Source: an uncultured Nitrospiraceae bacterium
GTDB taxonomy: Bacteria > Nitrospirota > Nitrospiria > Nitrospirales > Nitrospiraceae
Assembly: GCA_963730935.1 (NCBI GenBank)
Contig: CAVSTP010000002.1
Span: 736,001 to 800,000 of the forward strand
DNA: 64,000 nt
Direction: 5' to 3'
The position numbers and the translations under genes are program-made. The notes beneath the pieces are model-generated. The model searched no databases. It saw only the letters and a list, made by a program, of their open reading frames with translations, and was not told the origin of the DNA. Of the stretch, positions 48,164 to 57,709 are shown piece by piece (positions within the stretch are counted from its first letter, which is position 1; every line of letters starts with the position of its first letter).

Positions 48164-49636
48164 ATGCCGTCAGGCTTCCCCCGTCCGTCAGCGATCTTCA
48201 CCACAACATCCATTGCGTCTCTGTTTCTCGGTTTCTTTATACTGGCTGGTGGCTGCGAGAGCGGCCCTGAGCTGGCGCTGCCACCGCCGCCCTCGGGGTT
48301 TGTCGGACCTGCCAATAGAGACAAGGTCCTCATCTTCATCCACGGGGTCACAGCCAGTAACGAGAAGAGCTGGAGAAATCCGTCGACGGGAGCCTATTGG
48401 CCGGAATTGATTCAGGCCGATCCTGACTTTAAGGAGTACGGCACCTATCTTCTCGGATATTACTCACCCAAATTCTCCAAGGCATCGACAATCGCCGAAA
48501 TTGCCAACCGCGAACTGCAGCGGCTCAAAGACGAGGGGCTACTCGCGCCAGACAAACACGTGGTCATTGTCGCTCACAGCATGGGCGGCCTCGTCGCCAA
48601 GGAAATGTTGACACAGTTGAACCGGCCGAACCGCAAAGAACTCGAAAGACTGGATCGAGTCAAGGGCATCATTTTCCTGTCCTCGCCAGCTCAAGGCGCC
48701 GACTTGGGGGAATATGCGTCGTGGATCAGCATGAATCCACAGTTTGGAAACATGCAGCCGGCCGATCTAAACGCCTTTCTCCAACGGCTCGAAGACAATT
48801 GGCAAAACCTGCTGCGCGATCGTGACATGCTGGGCCTCACGGCCCCCAGGTCCTTTTGTGCGTACGAAACGCTACCGACCAGAGGCATGATGGTCGTCAG
48901 TCGCGTCTATGCGGCGAGCCGCTGCGATGCGAACCCGACGCCCTTCGATCTCAATCATCAGGACATTGCACATCCGGCGAGCGCCGCACACGATCCGTAC
49001 ACCTGGGTGAAAGCGCGCATTCGTGACGCCATGTTGGACAAGGATCTCAGCCGGTATGCCCTGCTGACTCGAGCCAAAGCCACGCCGGTTGCGGACAACC
49101 TTCCGCCACCATCCATCTATAAGCCGTTGGTCCTGGCAGCGACGGAACCTGGAATGGTCGGCAAGGAATCGCTGGACACACTGTACCGAGTCATCATTCC
49201 CCGGTTGCAACAGGGCGAACGGATTACGAGCCTCACCTTCGACAGCCAGCCGGGAAAGGAACTCTTTTTTGACTTCGCGATCGCAGAATATCTTAAAGCG
49301 CTCACGGTGAAGGATTCATTCCGCTACATCGTCTTCTTGGAAGAAGGACAATATCGAGGCTGGATGTCGGTTCAGCGGTTCCAAACGATCTTTCATCAGA
49401 ATGGCTATGGCATCACCAAATTGATCAATCAAGGCAACTATGCCGAGCTACGAAAGGCCGGGATGCACGTGGGAAAAATTGCAAGCACGGCGACGGCCTA
49501 TGAGGCATTGGAACAATTGAATAAGACCAACGACGAAGGCATCGCCGTGCTCACGCCGACAGGCGCCCTCGTGGGCATTGCCAGTCTCCAAGCCATTCAA
49601 TCAGAGCTTCGGGCGCAGGCCGGTAAGCCGATCTAG
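48164..49636 (+). CDS. Lipoprotein alpha/beta hydrolase (lipase-like) with C-terminal CBS-like domain
   Basis: LAGGC lipobox; IFIHG, AHSMGG, YETLP, NHQDI; TAYEALEQL...GIAVL..GALVGI. Confidence 0.8.
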   Translation: MPSGFPRPSAIFTTTSIASLFLGFFILAGGCESGPELALPPPPSGFVGPANRDKVLIFIHGVTASNEKSWRNPSTGAYWPELIQADPDFKEYGTYLLGYYSPKFSKASTIAEIANRELQRLKDEGLLAPDKHVVIVAHSMGGLVAKEMLTQLNRPNRKELERLDRVKGIIFLSSPAQGADLGEYASWISMNPQFGNMQPADLNAFLQRLEDNWQNLLRDRDMLGLTAPRSFCAYETLPTRGMMVVSRVYAASRCDANPTPFDLNHQDIAHPASAAHDPYTWVKARIRDAMLDKDLSRYALLTRAKATPVADNLPPPSIYKPLVLAATEPGMVGKESLDTLYRVIIPRLQQGERITSLTFDSQPGKELFFDFAIAEYLKALTVKDSFRYIVFLEEGQYRGWMSVQRFQTIFHQNGYGITKLINQGNYAELRKAGMHVGKIASTATAYEALEQLNKTNDEGIAVLTPTGALVGIASLQAIQSELRAQAGKPI

Positions 49637-49653
49637 GCGGAAAAGCGCGCATC

Positions 49654-50961
49654 ATGAGACGGATCCTTCATCTTCTCCGCCCACAGTGTTGGATCGTGTT
49701 TGTACTCCTGATAATCGGGGGTTGTGCTGTGTTGCCCGGCCACTGGCGGCCTGGTTGGAACAAAGAGTGGACCAGCAAGGAGCCTGTGCCCCAGACCGCC
49801 GGCTCGTGGAACTTGACCGAGCTCGAAACGAAGGACAATCGCTTTCTCGCGCTTGCCATCTCCGGGGGAGGAAGCCGCGCTGCGAACTTTGGCTCCGCCG
49901 TCATGCTTGAATTGCAACAACGTAAGGTGCTCGAACAGGTCGATGTGATTTCCGGCGTGTCGGGCGGAACGCTTCCGGCTGTCTACTATGGGCTGGGCGA
50001 CAAAGCGGGCGCCTTCACCGAGCCAGCCCTCCGAAAGTCGTTGGGGTTTGACTTTCAGGGTAGTTGGATCTGGCGATGGTTCCTTCCGCACAACATCTTC
50101 CGTTATTGGCTTTCGGACTTTACTCGTTCCGATATCATGGTGCAGGTGTTCAACAATGAGCTGTATCATGACGCGACCTTTGCGGATCTTCAGTCACATC
50201 CGAAAATTCTGCTCAATTCGACGGTCCACAACGATCATACCCGTTTCACGTTCACGGACGAGCGTTTTGCCCGGCTCCATTCCGCGCTAGCGTTCTACCC
50301 GGTCGCCAATGCGGTCAACGCCTCCTCGGCATTTCCCGGTGCGTTCCAGGACGTGACGCTTGAGTGGTACATCAACCCTCGGCAATACGTGCATCTCTAC
50401 GACGGAGGCCCGATCGACAACCTGGGTGTCCAGGCCCTCACCGAATACATCAATCGCAATATTCTTGGGAAGTCATTGAAGCGGCTCTTTCCCAACGGAT
50501 GTCTGATCATCATCATCGATGCCACTCCGGCCAGCGAGCACCCCGAGCTGAACACAGGACGGTCCAGCCGCTCGTTCATCGATTACTTCGTCGATACCAA
50601 TGCCTTGGATGCAATGGATGCCATGTTGCTGGAATCCAGGCGCTCGCTGCTCACAGGGATGGGGATTCCTGTCGACCGGCAGGATCAAGAGATGCGCGGC
50701 CGGTTGCCGGTCAACGACCGCGATCAATGCGGCTGCGAAGTGCGCCACATTGCTCTTCGACAGCTCATGTATGCGGGGGAGGAGACGGAGGGTCTGGCCG
50801 AGCGCGTCACGCAGATCAAGACCAAATTCTGGATCGGCGAGGACGAGCAGAATGATTTGTTCACCGCTGCCAAGCTGCTCATGAAACGAGTCGATGAGAA
50901 AAAGCTGCTCACGGAAGAGTCGTTGAAGTTGTCTTGCGCGGTTGAGAAAGATGGGAAATAG
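49654..50961 (+). CDS. Patatin-like phospholipase, lipoprotein
   Basis: IGGC lipobox; SGGGSRA, GVSGG, ASSAFP, DGG. Confidence 0.9.
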   Translation: MRRILHLLRPQCWIVFVLLIIGGCAVLPGHWRPGWNKEWTSKEPVPQTAGSWNLTELETKDNRFLALAISGGGSRAANFGSAVMLELQQRKVLEQVDVISGVSGGTLPAVYYGLGDKAGAFTEPALRKSLGFDFQGSWIWRWFLPHNIFRYWLSDFTRSDIMVQVFNNELYHDATFADLQSHPKILLNSTVHNDHTRFTFTDERFARLHSALAFYPVANAVNASSAFPGAFQDVTLEWYINPRQYVHLYDGGPIDNLGVQALTEYINRNILGKSLKRLFPNGCLIIIIDATPASEHPELNTGRSSRSFIDYFVDTNALDAMDAMLLESRRSLLTGMGIPVDRQDQEMRGRLPVNDRDQCGCEVRHIALRQLMYAGEETEGLAERVTQIKTKFWIGEDEQNDLFTAAKLLMKRVDEKKLLTEESLKLSCAVEKDGK

Positions 50962-51393
50962 GATGTGATGCCCGCCTGCTCCAGTGCCTCAACCCACCGT
51001 ACTATGCTTCGCATCTGCTCGGTTCCCGCAACTTGGTCCGTTTTTGCTTCGCATGAACGGACCGTCGAACAGCGCTCGGCGTCGTGGAGTACGACCGCAT
51101 CTTGCTTAGCAAGTGCAGTACCGCGCTTCGGTACAAGTCACGCGCTTGGCACCCCATCCTCTTTCACGTGGGTGGGGATGGAAAAGCTCGGAGCGAGTGT
51201 CGGCACGGTTCCTGTCGCCGACCACCCCCAGCCGACTGTGCATCCGCTTAACAAGGTCTCGTTGATCGGTGCTACGCGGCCTTTGCGGTTCGACCGGCTT
51301 GATGTTCGCCGGAGAGCGCCAGCATTTCACGATTGAAGGCTGGCAGCTCGGCCGGCTCAAGGCTGCTCACCCGATTGCGATCCCGGCTCCCTG

Positions 51394-52521
51394 TTACCGA
51401 AGCGGTGCAGCCAGCGGTGACGGCGCGAGCGGTGCCGCCAGCGGTGAGGGGCCGAGTGGCTTGGCCAGTGGTGACGGTGGCAGCGGTGTCGCCAGCGGCG
51501 ATTGTGGCAACGGGATGGTCAATGGTGATTGGAGCAACGGCGCCGCCAGAGGCGATGGTGGCAGTGGCGCGGCGAGAGGTGATTGCGGCAGCGGCGCGAC
51601 CAAGGGGGACTGTGAGCCTGGCGGATTGGAGGCAGACGGTGCGCTCGGTGCCGGAGAAGGAACCACGGCAGATGGGGTCGAGGCGGCATCGCGTCCGTTC
51701 ATGGATTGTTCGACCGACGGCAGATGCCGGTTCGACGGATGAAGGTGCCTGGCTCGGCTTAGCAACTCATTGATCTGCTTCACTCTTGCCGGCGTCACAT
51801 AGGCATATCCCGTCAAGGCTTGAGCGACAAGGTCGTCGGCTTGCATCTGATTGAGCAATTGCTGCCTTTGAAGCGTCAGTGCATGTACCTGCTCTGCGGT
51901 ATTGGCCGTGGCCAAGGCTACATTGGCCGCGTCGAGCTGCTGACGGAGTTGTTCGGCCTCAGCTCTGAGTGAGGCGAGTTCCTGTGCGGCGCGTTCATTA
52001 TCTCGAAGCGCGTTGATGGCTTGGATGACTTCACCCTGATCGACCTGCGCCGTGAGATCAACATGGATCACAGCGACGCCGTCCTCGAGGCGCGTGCGGG
52101 TCTGTTGATTGAGCACGCTGACAATACCGGCGGTATACGTCCGGATCTCATCGCGCGTGACGTCCAGGTTTTTCACTTCGGTCACACTCTCGAGATACAC
52201 GGCCACTTGCTCGAGCGCTTGCCGTTTGGCGGCCTCAATGGCCATTCGTGTGGCATCCATTCTCGTGTCATGATCTCCCATTCGATAGTCAGCGGTGGCG
52301 GTCACGACACGGATCACCGGCTCTTGCCGATGAAGGGGCGGCGTGGCTTCGGGCGCCAAGGCAATGGCCTCGCTGCGATACTTCTCTGGGATCGAGTACC
52401 ATTCAGTGGTGAAGTTGAGCGTGCCGGAATCGTCTTTATAACGGTAGATCTGGTTGCCCGCGAAAGCCGGAGCGGCTGCGGTGAGGAGGCAGAAGACGAT
52501 GATGCGAGACAACAGGCGCAT
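51394..52521 (-). CDS. Exported protein: DUF4124-like N-terminus, LPP20-like domain, coiled coil, Pro-rich repeat tail
   Basis: Signal peptide; IYRYKDDSG..NFT; A...A...AKRQALEQ; C-terminal repeats. Confidence 0.75.
   Translation of the reverse strand: MRLLSRIIVFCLLTAAAPAFAGNQIYRYKDDSGTLNFTTEWYSIPEKYRSEAIALAPEATPPLHRQEPVIRVVTATADYRMGDHDTRMDATRMAIEAAKRQALEQVAVYLESVTEVKNLDVTRDEIRTYTAGIVSVLNQQTRTRLEDGVAVIHVDLTAQVDQGEVIQAINALRDNERAAQELASLRAEAEQLRQQLDAANVALATANTAEQVHALTLQRQQLLNQMQADDLVAQALTGYAYVTPARVKQINELLSRARHLHPSNRHLPSVEQSMNGRDAASTPSAVVPSPAPSAPSASNPPGSQSPLVAPLPQSPLAAPLPPSPLAAPLLQSPLTIPLPQSPLATPLPPSPLAKPLGPSPLAAPLAPSPLAAPLR
51397..51609 (-). repeat. Eight 27-bp tandem repeats encoding SPLxxPLxx
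   Basis: SPLVAPLPQ SPLAAPLPP SPLAAPLLQ SPLTIPLPQ SPLATPLPP SPLAKPLGP SPLAAPLAP SPLAAPLR. Confidence 0.92.
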
Positions 52522-52653
52522 GATCGGTCCCCATTCACCATACCATGTCTGACGGGGTGAATGCCGCATGGATTGACTTGGATATCACCACTCGTTATAA
52601 GACCGCGAACGCGTCATGGATGGCCGGACTCACCCGTGTCCCGGAGAGGCAGC

Positions 52654-53166
52654 ATGGACGATGCCGATCCACAGACCACCTATCGCCATCTCCTCGATCT
52701 ATGGACATCGGGCGTCCGGGATTACCACAGCCTCCTGTCTGACTACCTCACGGCCAATTCGATTTTTGTCGCGGCCATCGGGTTTCTTCTCGCCCGGCAA
52801 CCCCTGACACTGATATTCACACTGCTCGTCATTATCCTGTGCTTCTTCGGCGTGCTCATGACATTGCAGATGGCCATCGTGCTTGGCCGTTTCTCGGCCC
52901 AAACCGCCCTGTGGGAATGGCGTCTTCGAGGTATCGAAGGCGATGCCCGCTGGAAACAGCCGAAACTCTTTGTCGATCTTCACCGATACCGGGACGGGCA
53001 CGAAGCCCTCGCTGAGAAGTGCAACAACCCGCCGGTGCTTCAGCCGAACTGGGCGCTCCGCCAACACCATCGGTGGTGGGCTCGCCGTGATGTCAGCTTT
53101 CCCTTGTTATTCGGAACGGTGTACCTGCTGTTCCTCGTCTGGAGCCTTACGCAACTTGTCGCCTAG
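52654..53166 (+). CDS. Hypothetical 3-TM membrane protein
   Basis: RBS GGAGAGG; helical N-terminus, two adjacent TMs, C-terminal TM. Confidence 0.7.
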   Translation: MDDADPQTTYRHLLDLWTSGVRDYHSLLSDYLTANSIFVAAIGFLLARQPLTLIFTLLVIILCFFGVLMTLQMAIVLGRFSAQTALWEWRLRGIEGDARWKQPKLFVDLHRYRDGHEALAEKCNNPPVLQPNWALRQHHRWWARRDVSFPLLFGTVYLLFLVWSLTQLVA

Positions 53167-53189
53167 TAGTCACTTCCCGGGTGCCGAAG

Positions 53190-53825
53190 ATGGCCGGTCT
53201 GCTGTTGTTGATTGCGCTAACAGTGTTCGAAGGAACCACGGCGGTGGCTGGGCCAGAATTCCATCCGTCCTCCGTCGAGAAGGGCGTCTTCTTGGTGGCG
53301 AGCCCGTCACTGAATGATCCGAATTTCCGACAAACGGTCGTGCTGGTCCTTGAGCATGGTCCTGAGGGAACGCTCGGCGTGATTTTGAACCGCGCCACGG
53401 AGGTGCTCCTCTCTGAGGCGTTGCCCGGCGTTCGGGCGCTCAAAGGGACAACGCACCGACTTTTTGCCGGCGGTCCGGTACAGCCAAACATTGTGCTGCT
53501 GCTGTCGCGCTTGAAGGAGCCTCAACCGGACATGCGACCCGTCTTCGACAGTGTGTATGTGGGAGGGAATCCAGACGTGTTGGAACGCCTCCTCAGGCAG
53601 GCCGGTCCCGCGGCCAGGTTTCGGGCGTTTGCCGGCTATGCGGGATGGGCTCCAGGGCAGCTCGGTTTTGAAATGCTCCAAGGATCGTGGGCGGTCCTGC
53701 CTCCGGAAGACAACCTCTTTGAGAAAGATCCCGCATCACTCTGGCCAGACAGTATCACTCAACTCCAAGCGCCGAGAGTGATCTCCCATGAGCGAGAACG
53801 AGAAAGTGGAGTTCTGAAGCGGTAG
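53190..53825 (+). CDS. YqgE/AlgH family protein with a signal peptide
   Basis: FLVASP..DPNF..TVVL, GVILNR, GGPV, GYAGW..GQL..E....W. Confidence 0.9.
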   Translation: MAGLLLLIALTVFEGTTAVAGPEFHPSSVEKGVFLVASPSLNDPNFRQTVVLVLEHGPEGTLGVILNRATEVLLSEALPGVRALKGTTHRLFAGGPVQPNIVLLLSRLKEPQPDMRPVFDSVYVGGNPDVLERLLRQAGPAARFRAFAGYAGWAPGQLGFEMLQGSWAVLPPEDNLFEKDPASLWPDSITQLQAPRVISHERERESGVLKR

Positions 53826-53842
53826 TTGATTTGAGGAGAAGC

Positions 53843-54445
53843 ATGTCGATCTGGTCATATGGAAACAAACTGTCGATGGTGATGTCGATCGCGCTATCGC
53901 TCGCGGCCTGCGCGAAGTCCTTTGACATGTCCGGGGAACGCCTGACGCCGCTTGGACCAGAGTGGGGCGTCGTGATCGGCTCAGTACTCGTCAAACCGGC
54001 AAAGCTCGCAGATGAGAGCACGAAATCCCGGGCCGCCACCGATATGACCTATGAATTTGACATCGTCCAAAGTCAGCCCGGCGATCCTGAGGGCGAAACT
54101 CCCTATGCCGAACGGTATCATCTCCAGGCCAAGGCGGGAGAAGAGCGGATGTTCATCTCCAGGTTGCGCACTGGTAGGTATCTCGTGAAAAGCTTTGCCA
54201 GTGAGGGGATCGCAGGCACCGGCGGAGACCTTGACCTGATCTTCGACAGTATGGCGGGGGAAGTCCGCTACATCGGCCGGTTGCTGGTGGAAGTTCCTCA
54301 GCGTGTATTGCGCGGAAAAGAGTATCGGTTTACCGTCGAAAACGCTCGTGAGGGGACGTTGAAGCACATCTCCGATCGTCACGCGGGGCTGGCCACCCAG
54401 GCGGTCGATGCTCCAATGCGGTCGCGTGAGTCATCGGCGCGCTGA
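53843..54445 (+). CDS. Hypothetical lipoprotein
   Basis: LAAC lipobox, GVVIGS, GEVRYIG; RBS GAGGAG. Confidence 0.75.
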   Translation: MSIWSYGNKLSMVMSIALSLAACAKSFDMSGERLTPLGPEWGVVIGSVLVKPAKLADESTKSRAATDMTYEFDIVQSQPGDPEGETPYAERYHLQAKAGEERMFISRLRTGRYLVKSFASEGIAGTGGDLDLIFDSMAGEVRYIGRLLVEVPQRVLRGKEYRFTVENAREGTLKHISDRHAGLATQAVDAPMRSRESSAR

Positions 54446-54461
54446 CAAGAAAGGATCAGTT

Positions 54462-55196
54462 ATGCACAGTCGTTGTCATTGGCGCTTGGAGAAATGTCGC
54501 CTCTTGATCGGCGTGTGGGCCGTGGTAGGGTGGGCGGTCGTATGCTCGGCTGGCGAGATCGCGCGGTCGGCAGTGACTGACGACAGGGACCATGAACACA
54601 TGCTTGGTGCCGTGGAAGCCATGACGCCTCATCAACGGCATATGGGACCGCATATGAAATGGACGACGTTGCGACCGCTAGGCCCTGGCGATCCTGAACG
54701 CGCTTACCACATCGTCCAAACCGTTCGGCAGGCGTTGGATAAGTACAAGGACTATCACGTGGCGTTGGATGAGGGTTTCATCCCGATGCACCCCGAGCGC
54801 AAGCCGCGGCATTATCATTTTGCCAATAAAGAGCGCCGCCATCTGGCGCGCATGCATTTCGACGCGGCCCGGCCCACCTCACTGCTCTATAAGAAAACCG
54901 GCGATGGGTATGAACTTGAAGGGGCGATGTTTACGGCACCGAAGGGAATGACCGAGGATGAGCTGAACGAGCGCATCCCGTTGAGCATCGCGCGATGGCA
55001 TGCCCACGTCAATATTTGTCTCGCGTCCGATGGCAGTGGACGCCGCATCAGCCGAAGACAGTTCGGATTCAAGGGCACCATTGCCGACGAATCCGAGTGC
55101 CGGAAAGCCGGCGGACAGTTCGTTGCACAAGCGGGAGGATGGATGATCCATGTCTATCCCTTCGAATCGACACCAGAGAAAATTTGGACGCACTAA
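54462..55196 (+). CDS. Exported His/Met-rich hypothetical protein
   Basis: Signal-like N-terminus; HYHF, PTSLLY, WHAHVNIC, GWMIHVYP. Confidence 0.75.
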   Translation: MHSRCHWRLEKCRLLIGVWAVVGWAVVCSAGEIARSAVTDDRDHEHMLGAVEAMTPHQRHMGPHMKWTTLRPLGPGDPERAYHIVQTVRQALDKYKDYHVALDEGFIPMHPERKPRHYHFANKERRHLARMHFDAARPTSLLYKKTGDGYELEGAMFTAPKGMTEDELNERIPLSIARWHAHVNICLASDGSGRRISRRQFGFKGTIADESECRKAGGQFVAQAGGWMIHVYPFESTPEKIWTH

Positions 55197-55211
55197 CGCA
55201 TCGATCGGCTT

Positions 55212-55240
55212 GCCCGCGGCGATCCGAGATCGCCGCGGGC
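55212..55240. terminator. Perfect 13-bp GC hairpin between convergent genes
   Basis: GCCCGCGGCGATC-CGA-GATCGCCGCGGGC; no clear U tract. Confidence 0.55.
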
Positions 55241-55272
55241 CGATGATGAGAGGGAGATGAGCCTGCCGCGCA

Positions 55273-55821
55273 CTACTGCGGATTGTCGACGTCCAGAATC
55301 GTCAAGGTGACGAGAATTGGTTTTCCTGCCAGTGGGTGGTTGTAGTCCATCACTGCGTCGGTATCGGACATTTGCGTGATCGTGGCCTGCTGGCCGGTCC
55401 TACGATCTTCGATGATGTCGCCGGTCTTGACTCCACTGGGGAGTTCCTTGGTCGGCACGACAGTCTTCTTCTTCGAATCGTATGCCCCGAAGGCCTGGTC
55501 TTCACTGAGCTTGACCTCGGTCTTATCGCCCCTCCGCATACCGGATACCGCCTGCTCGAGTGCCGGCAGCATTTGGTGTTCCCCCTGGACGAATTGACTG
55601 AGATCTCTGACTTCGATTTGGTCGTCGCCTGGAACCGTAATCTGGTACAACAGGGTCACCTTTGAACCGTCAGTAATCGGAGCGGATGAACCCTGTGTAT
55701 TCTGGCCGGATGATCCCTCCAGATTCTGACCTGGCTGGGCTGCGATGCCGGCAGGAGCAGATAATCCCAGACATCCGACGATGGCCATCATGGTCACTGT
55801 ATATTGGCGCGCGTTCGCCAT
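55273..55821 (-). CDS. FKBP-type (SlyD/SlpA-like) peptidyl-prolyl isomerase, exported
   Basis: LEQAVSGM..G, AFGAYD, DYNHPLAGK; signal peptide; RBS GGAGG. Confidence 0.9.
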   Translation of the reverse strand: MANARQYTVTMMAIVGCLGLSAPAGIAAQPGQNLEGSSGQNTQGSSAPITDGSKVTLLYQITVPGDDQIEVRDLSQFVQGEHQMLPALEQAVSGMRRGDKTEVKLSEDQAFGAYDSKKKTVVPTKELPSGVKTGDIIEDRRTGQQATITQMSDTDAVMDYNHPLAGKPILVTLTILDVDNPQ

Positions 55822-56189
55822 TAGTACCTCCTTGGTTGGAATCGGACGCAGGCGCTGCGTCCATTTCCGCTACAAACGTCGCAAACCTGTTGCCATGAAT
55901 GAAACTGCAGCGTTTGTGCGGGCTTAAGACTCATGAACCTCGACGCACGCGAAGTGACGGGTGAACAGTCCGTCCTTACTCGCGGAAAAGGATTGGATTT
56001 CAGCCACGTTAGATTCTTAGACAGTCTGTCCTCATCTCATAGACAGGCTGTCTGCCGATACTGGGAGCCTCCCTTGCCATTTCACTCCCTTGCCATTCGA
56101 TGGACACTTTGCTTGACTGATCGGAGCAACATAACCTGCTCCTCCACTCATCTCATTGTGAGGCGCATGATCACTTCAGGAGCTCGTAC

Positions 56190-56817
56190 ATGACCACTTC
56201 AGTACAATGATGCACGGCTATCGTCGTCATTGGATGTCTGTGGCTCGCCGGATGTGCCAAGCTCGCCTATCAGCATATGAACGATCCTTCTCGGGACGCC
56301 TGGCAGAAGCCGAAAGAAGCGATTGAGAAACTAGCGATAGCCCCGGGGTCACGTGTCGCAGACATCGGTGCGGGCGGAGGATACTTCACGTGGTATCTGG
56401 CGGAGGCCGTCGGTGCAGAAGGAGCGGTATACGCGGTCGACATCGACGAGACAGGCTTGAACATCATCCGGAAAGAGAGACAGGCGCGAGGGATGACACA
56501 TGTGGTGCCGGTTCTTGCCGACCCTTCTGATCCCAAACTCCCTGAACGAGTGGACCTGGTGTTCAGCTGCGATACCTATCACCACATGAAGGATCGCGTG
56601 GCCTATTTCAGGTCATTGACTCAATACCTCAAGGCGGACGGGGCGGGTGGCGATCCTGGATTTCCATCCGCACGGCTTCTTCTCAGGTCTACTCGGGCAT
56701 GGCACGGCAGCGGAGGATGTCCTGCGCGAGATGGAAGCTGCGGGCTACCGGCGGGTCGCCAACCTCGACCTCGTTGAGAGCCAGCATTTTCAAGTATTCT
56801 CCCGAAACGGGTCGTGA
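56190..56817 (+). pseudogene. SAM-dependent methyltransferase lipoprotein disrupted by a nonsense codon and a frameshift
   Basis: ATG 56190 after AGGAG; TGA at 56208-56210 before LAGC lipobox; VADIGAGGGYF; extra G in GGGG at 56640-56643 breaks DGRVAILDF...EMEAAGY...QHFQVF. Confidence 0.8.
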
Positions 56818-56864
56818 GCGTTCATCAGGTTGCGGGCAACGGATCGTCCTCGTAAGATACCGGC

Positions 56865-57599
56865 ATGGAATCGAGTGAAGTCACACGCATCAAGACAAAG
56901 ATGCCCGTGCCCTACGAGCTGACGGCGGTGCATCGAGACACGCGTGACACAAAGACATTTTGCTTCGCGTTGCCCGAGGATGCCACGCTGGACATGCTCC
57001 CCGGCGATCATCTCTACGTGCATGCCACGATCAACGACAAAACGGTCAAGCGGCCGTATACGCCGTCGTCCGTGCCCGGCACGACGGGATATTTCGATCT
57101 CACCGTGAAGCGGTATGAAAATGGTCTGGTGTCAAAGTATCTGCATGATCGGGAGGTCGGTGACACCGTGCTGATGAGCGGGCCGAACGCGGGCGGCCAC
57201 TGGGTGGACGGGATGGCCAAGCGTGTCGGGTTTGTGGCCGGCGGCACTGGCATCACACCGATGATCTCCATTATTCGCTGGATGCTGGCGAAGGGGCTCG
57301 ATGTGGAAATATTTCTGCTGTTTGCCAACAAAACCGAGGCCGACATCATCTTCCTCGACGAATGGGATTCGAATGTCCGCGAGCATGCGAGCTTCCACGT
57401 CCATCACGTGCTGGAGCAGCCGCCGGCCGGCTGGGCGCAGGGTACGGGACGTATCACCGACGAGATCTTGCGCCGGCACCTGCCTGCTCCGGGTCCTCAG
57501 ACGGCTATCTTCCTGTGCGGTCCGCCCCTGATGGTGGACGCCTTGGAAGGTACGTTAAAGGCCATTGGTTATTCAGAACAATCCATCGTGCTTCCCTAG
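56865..57599 (+). CDS. NADH-cytochrome b5 reductase-like flavoprotein
   Basis: RPYTP, GLVSKYL, AGGTGITPM, FANKTEADI, CGPP. Confidence 0.92.
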   Translation: MESSEVTRIKTKMPVPYELTAVHRDTRDTKTFCFALPEDATLDMLPGDHLYVHATINDKTVKRPYTPSSVPGTTGYFDLTVKRYENGLVSKYLHDREVGDTVLMSGPNAGGHWVDGMAKRVGFVAGGTGITPMISIIRWMLAKGLDVEIFLLFANKTEADIIFLDEWDSNVREHASFHVHHVLEQPPAGWAQGTGRITDEILRRHLPAPGPQTAIFLCGPPLMVDALEGTLKAIGYSEQSIVLP

Positions 57600-57709
57600 C
57601 CGCCATCCATCCTCCTCTACGTCCGGCCGGAAGCCGTTTGTCGTGACGATCTGGAACACAGGCGCGACGACTTCTGGCGAACCCAAAGGCGCCTGCGTCT
57701 ATTCGCTCG

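Noticed and set aside
51397..51609. Regular repeats as a possible CRISPR array
   Set aside because: No unique spacers, in-frame coding repeat with codon-level divergence, no cas genes.
51269..51773. Plus-strand Gly/Ala-rich ORFs
   Set aside because: Antisense shadows of the Pro-rich repeat.
52654..53166. Resemblance to small pore-forming anti-phage membrane effectors
   Set aside because: Only a topology-level impression with no defence genes adjacent; needs HHpred.
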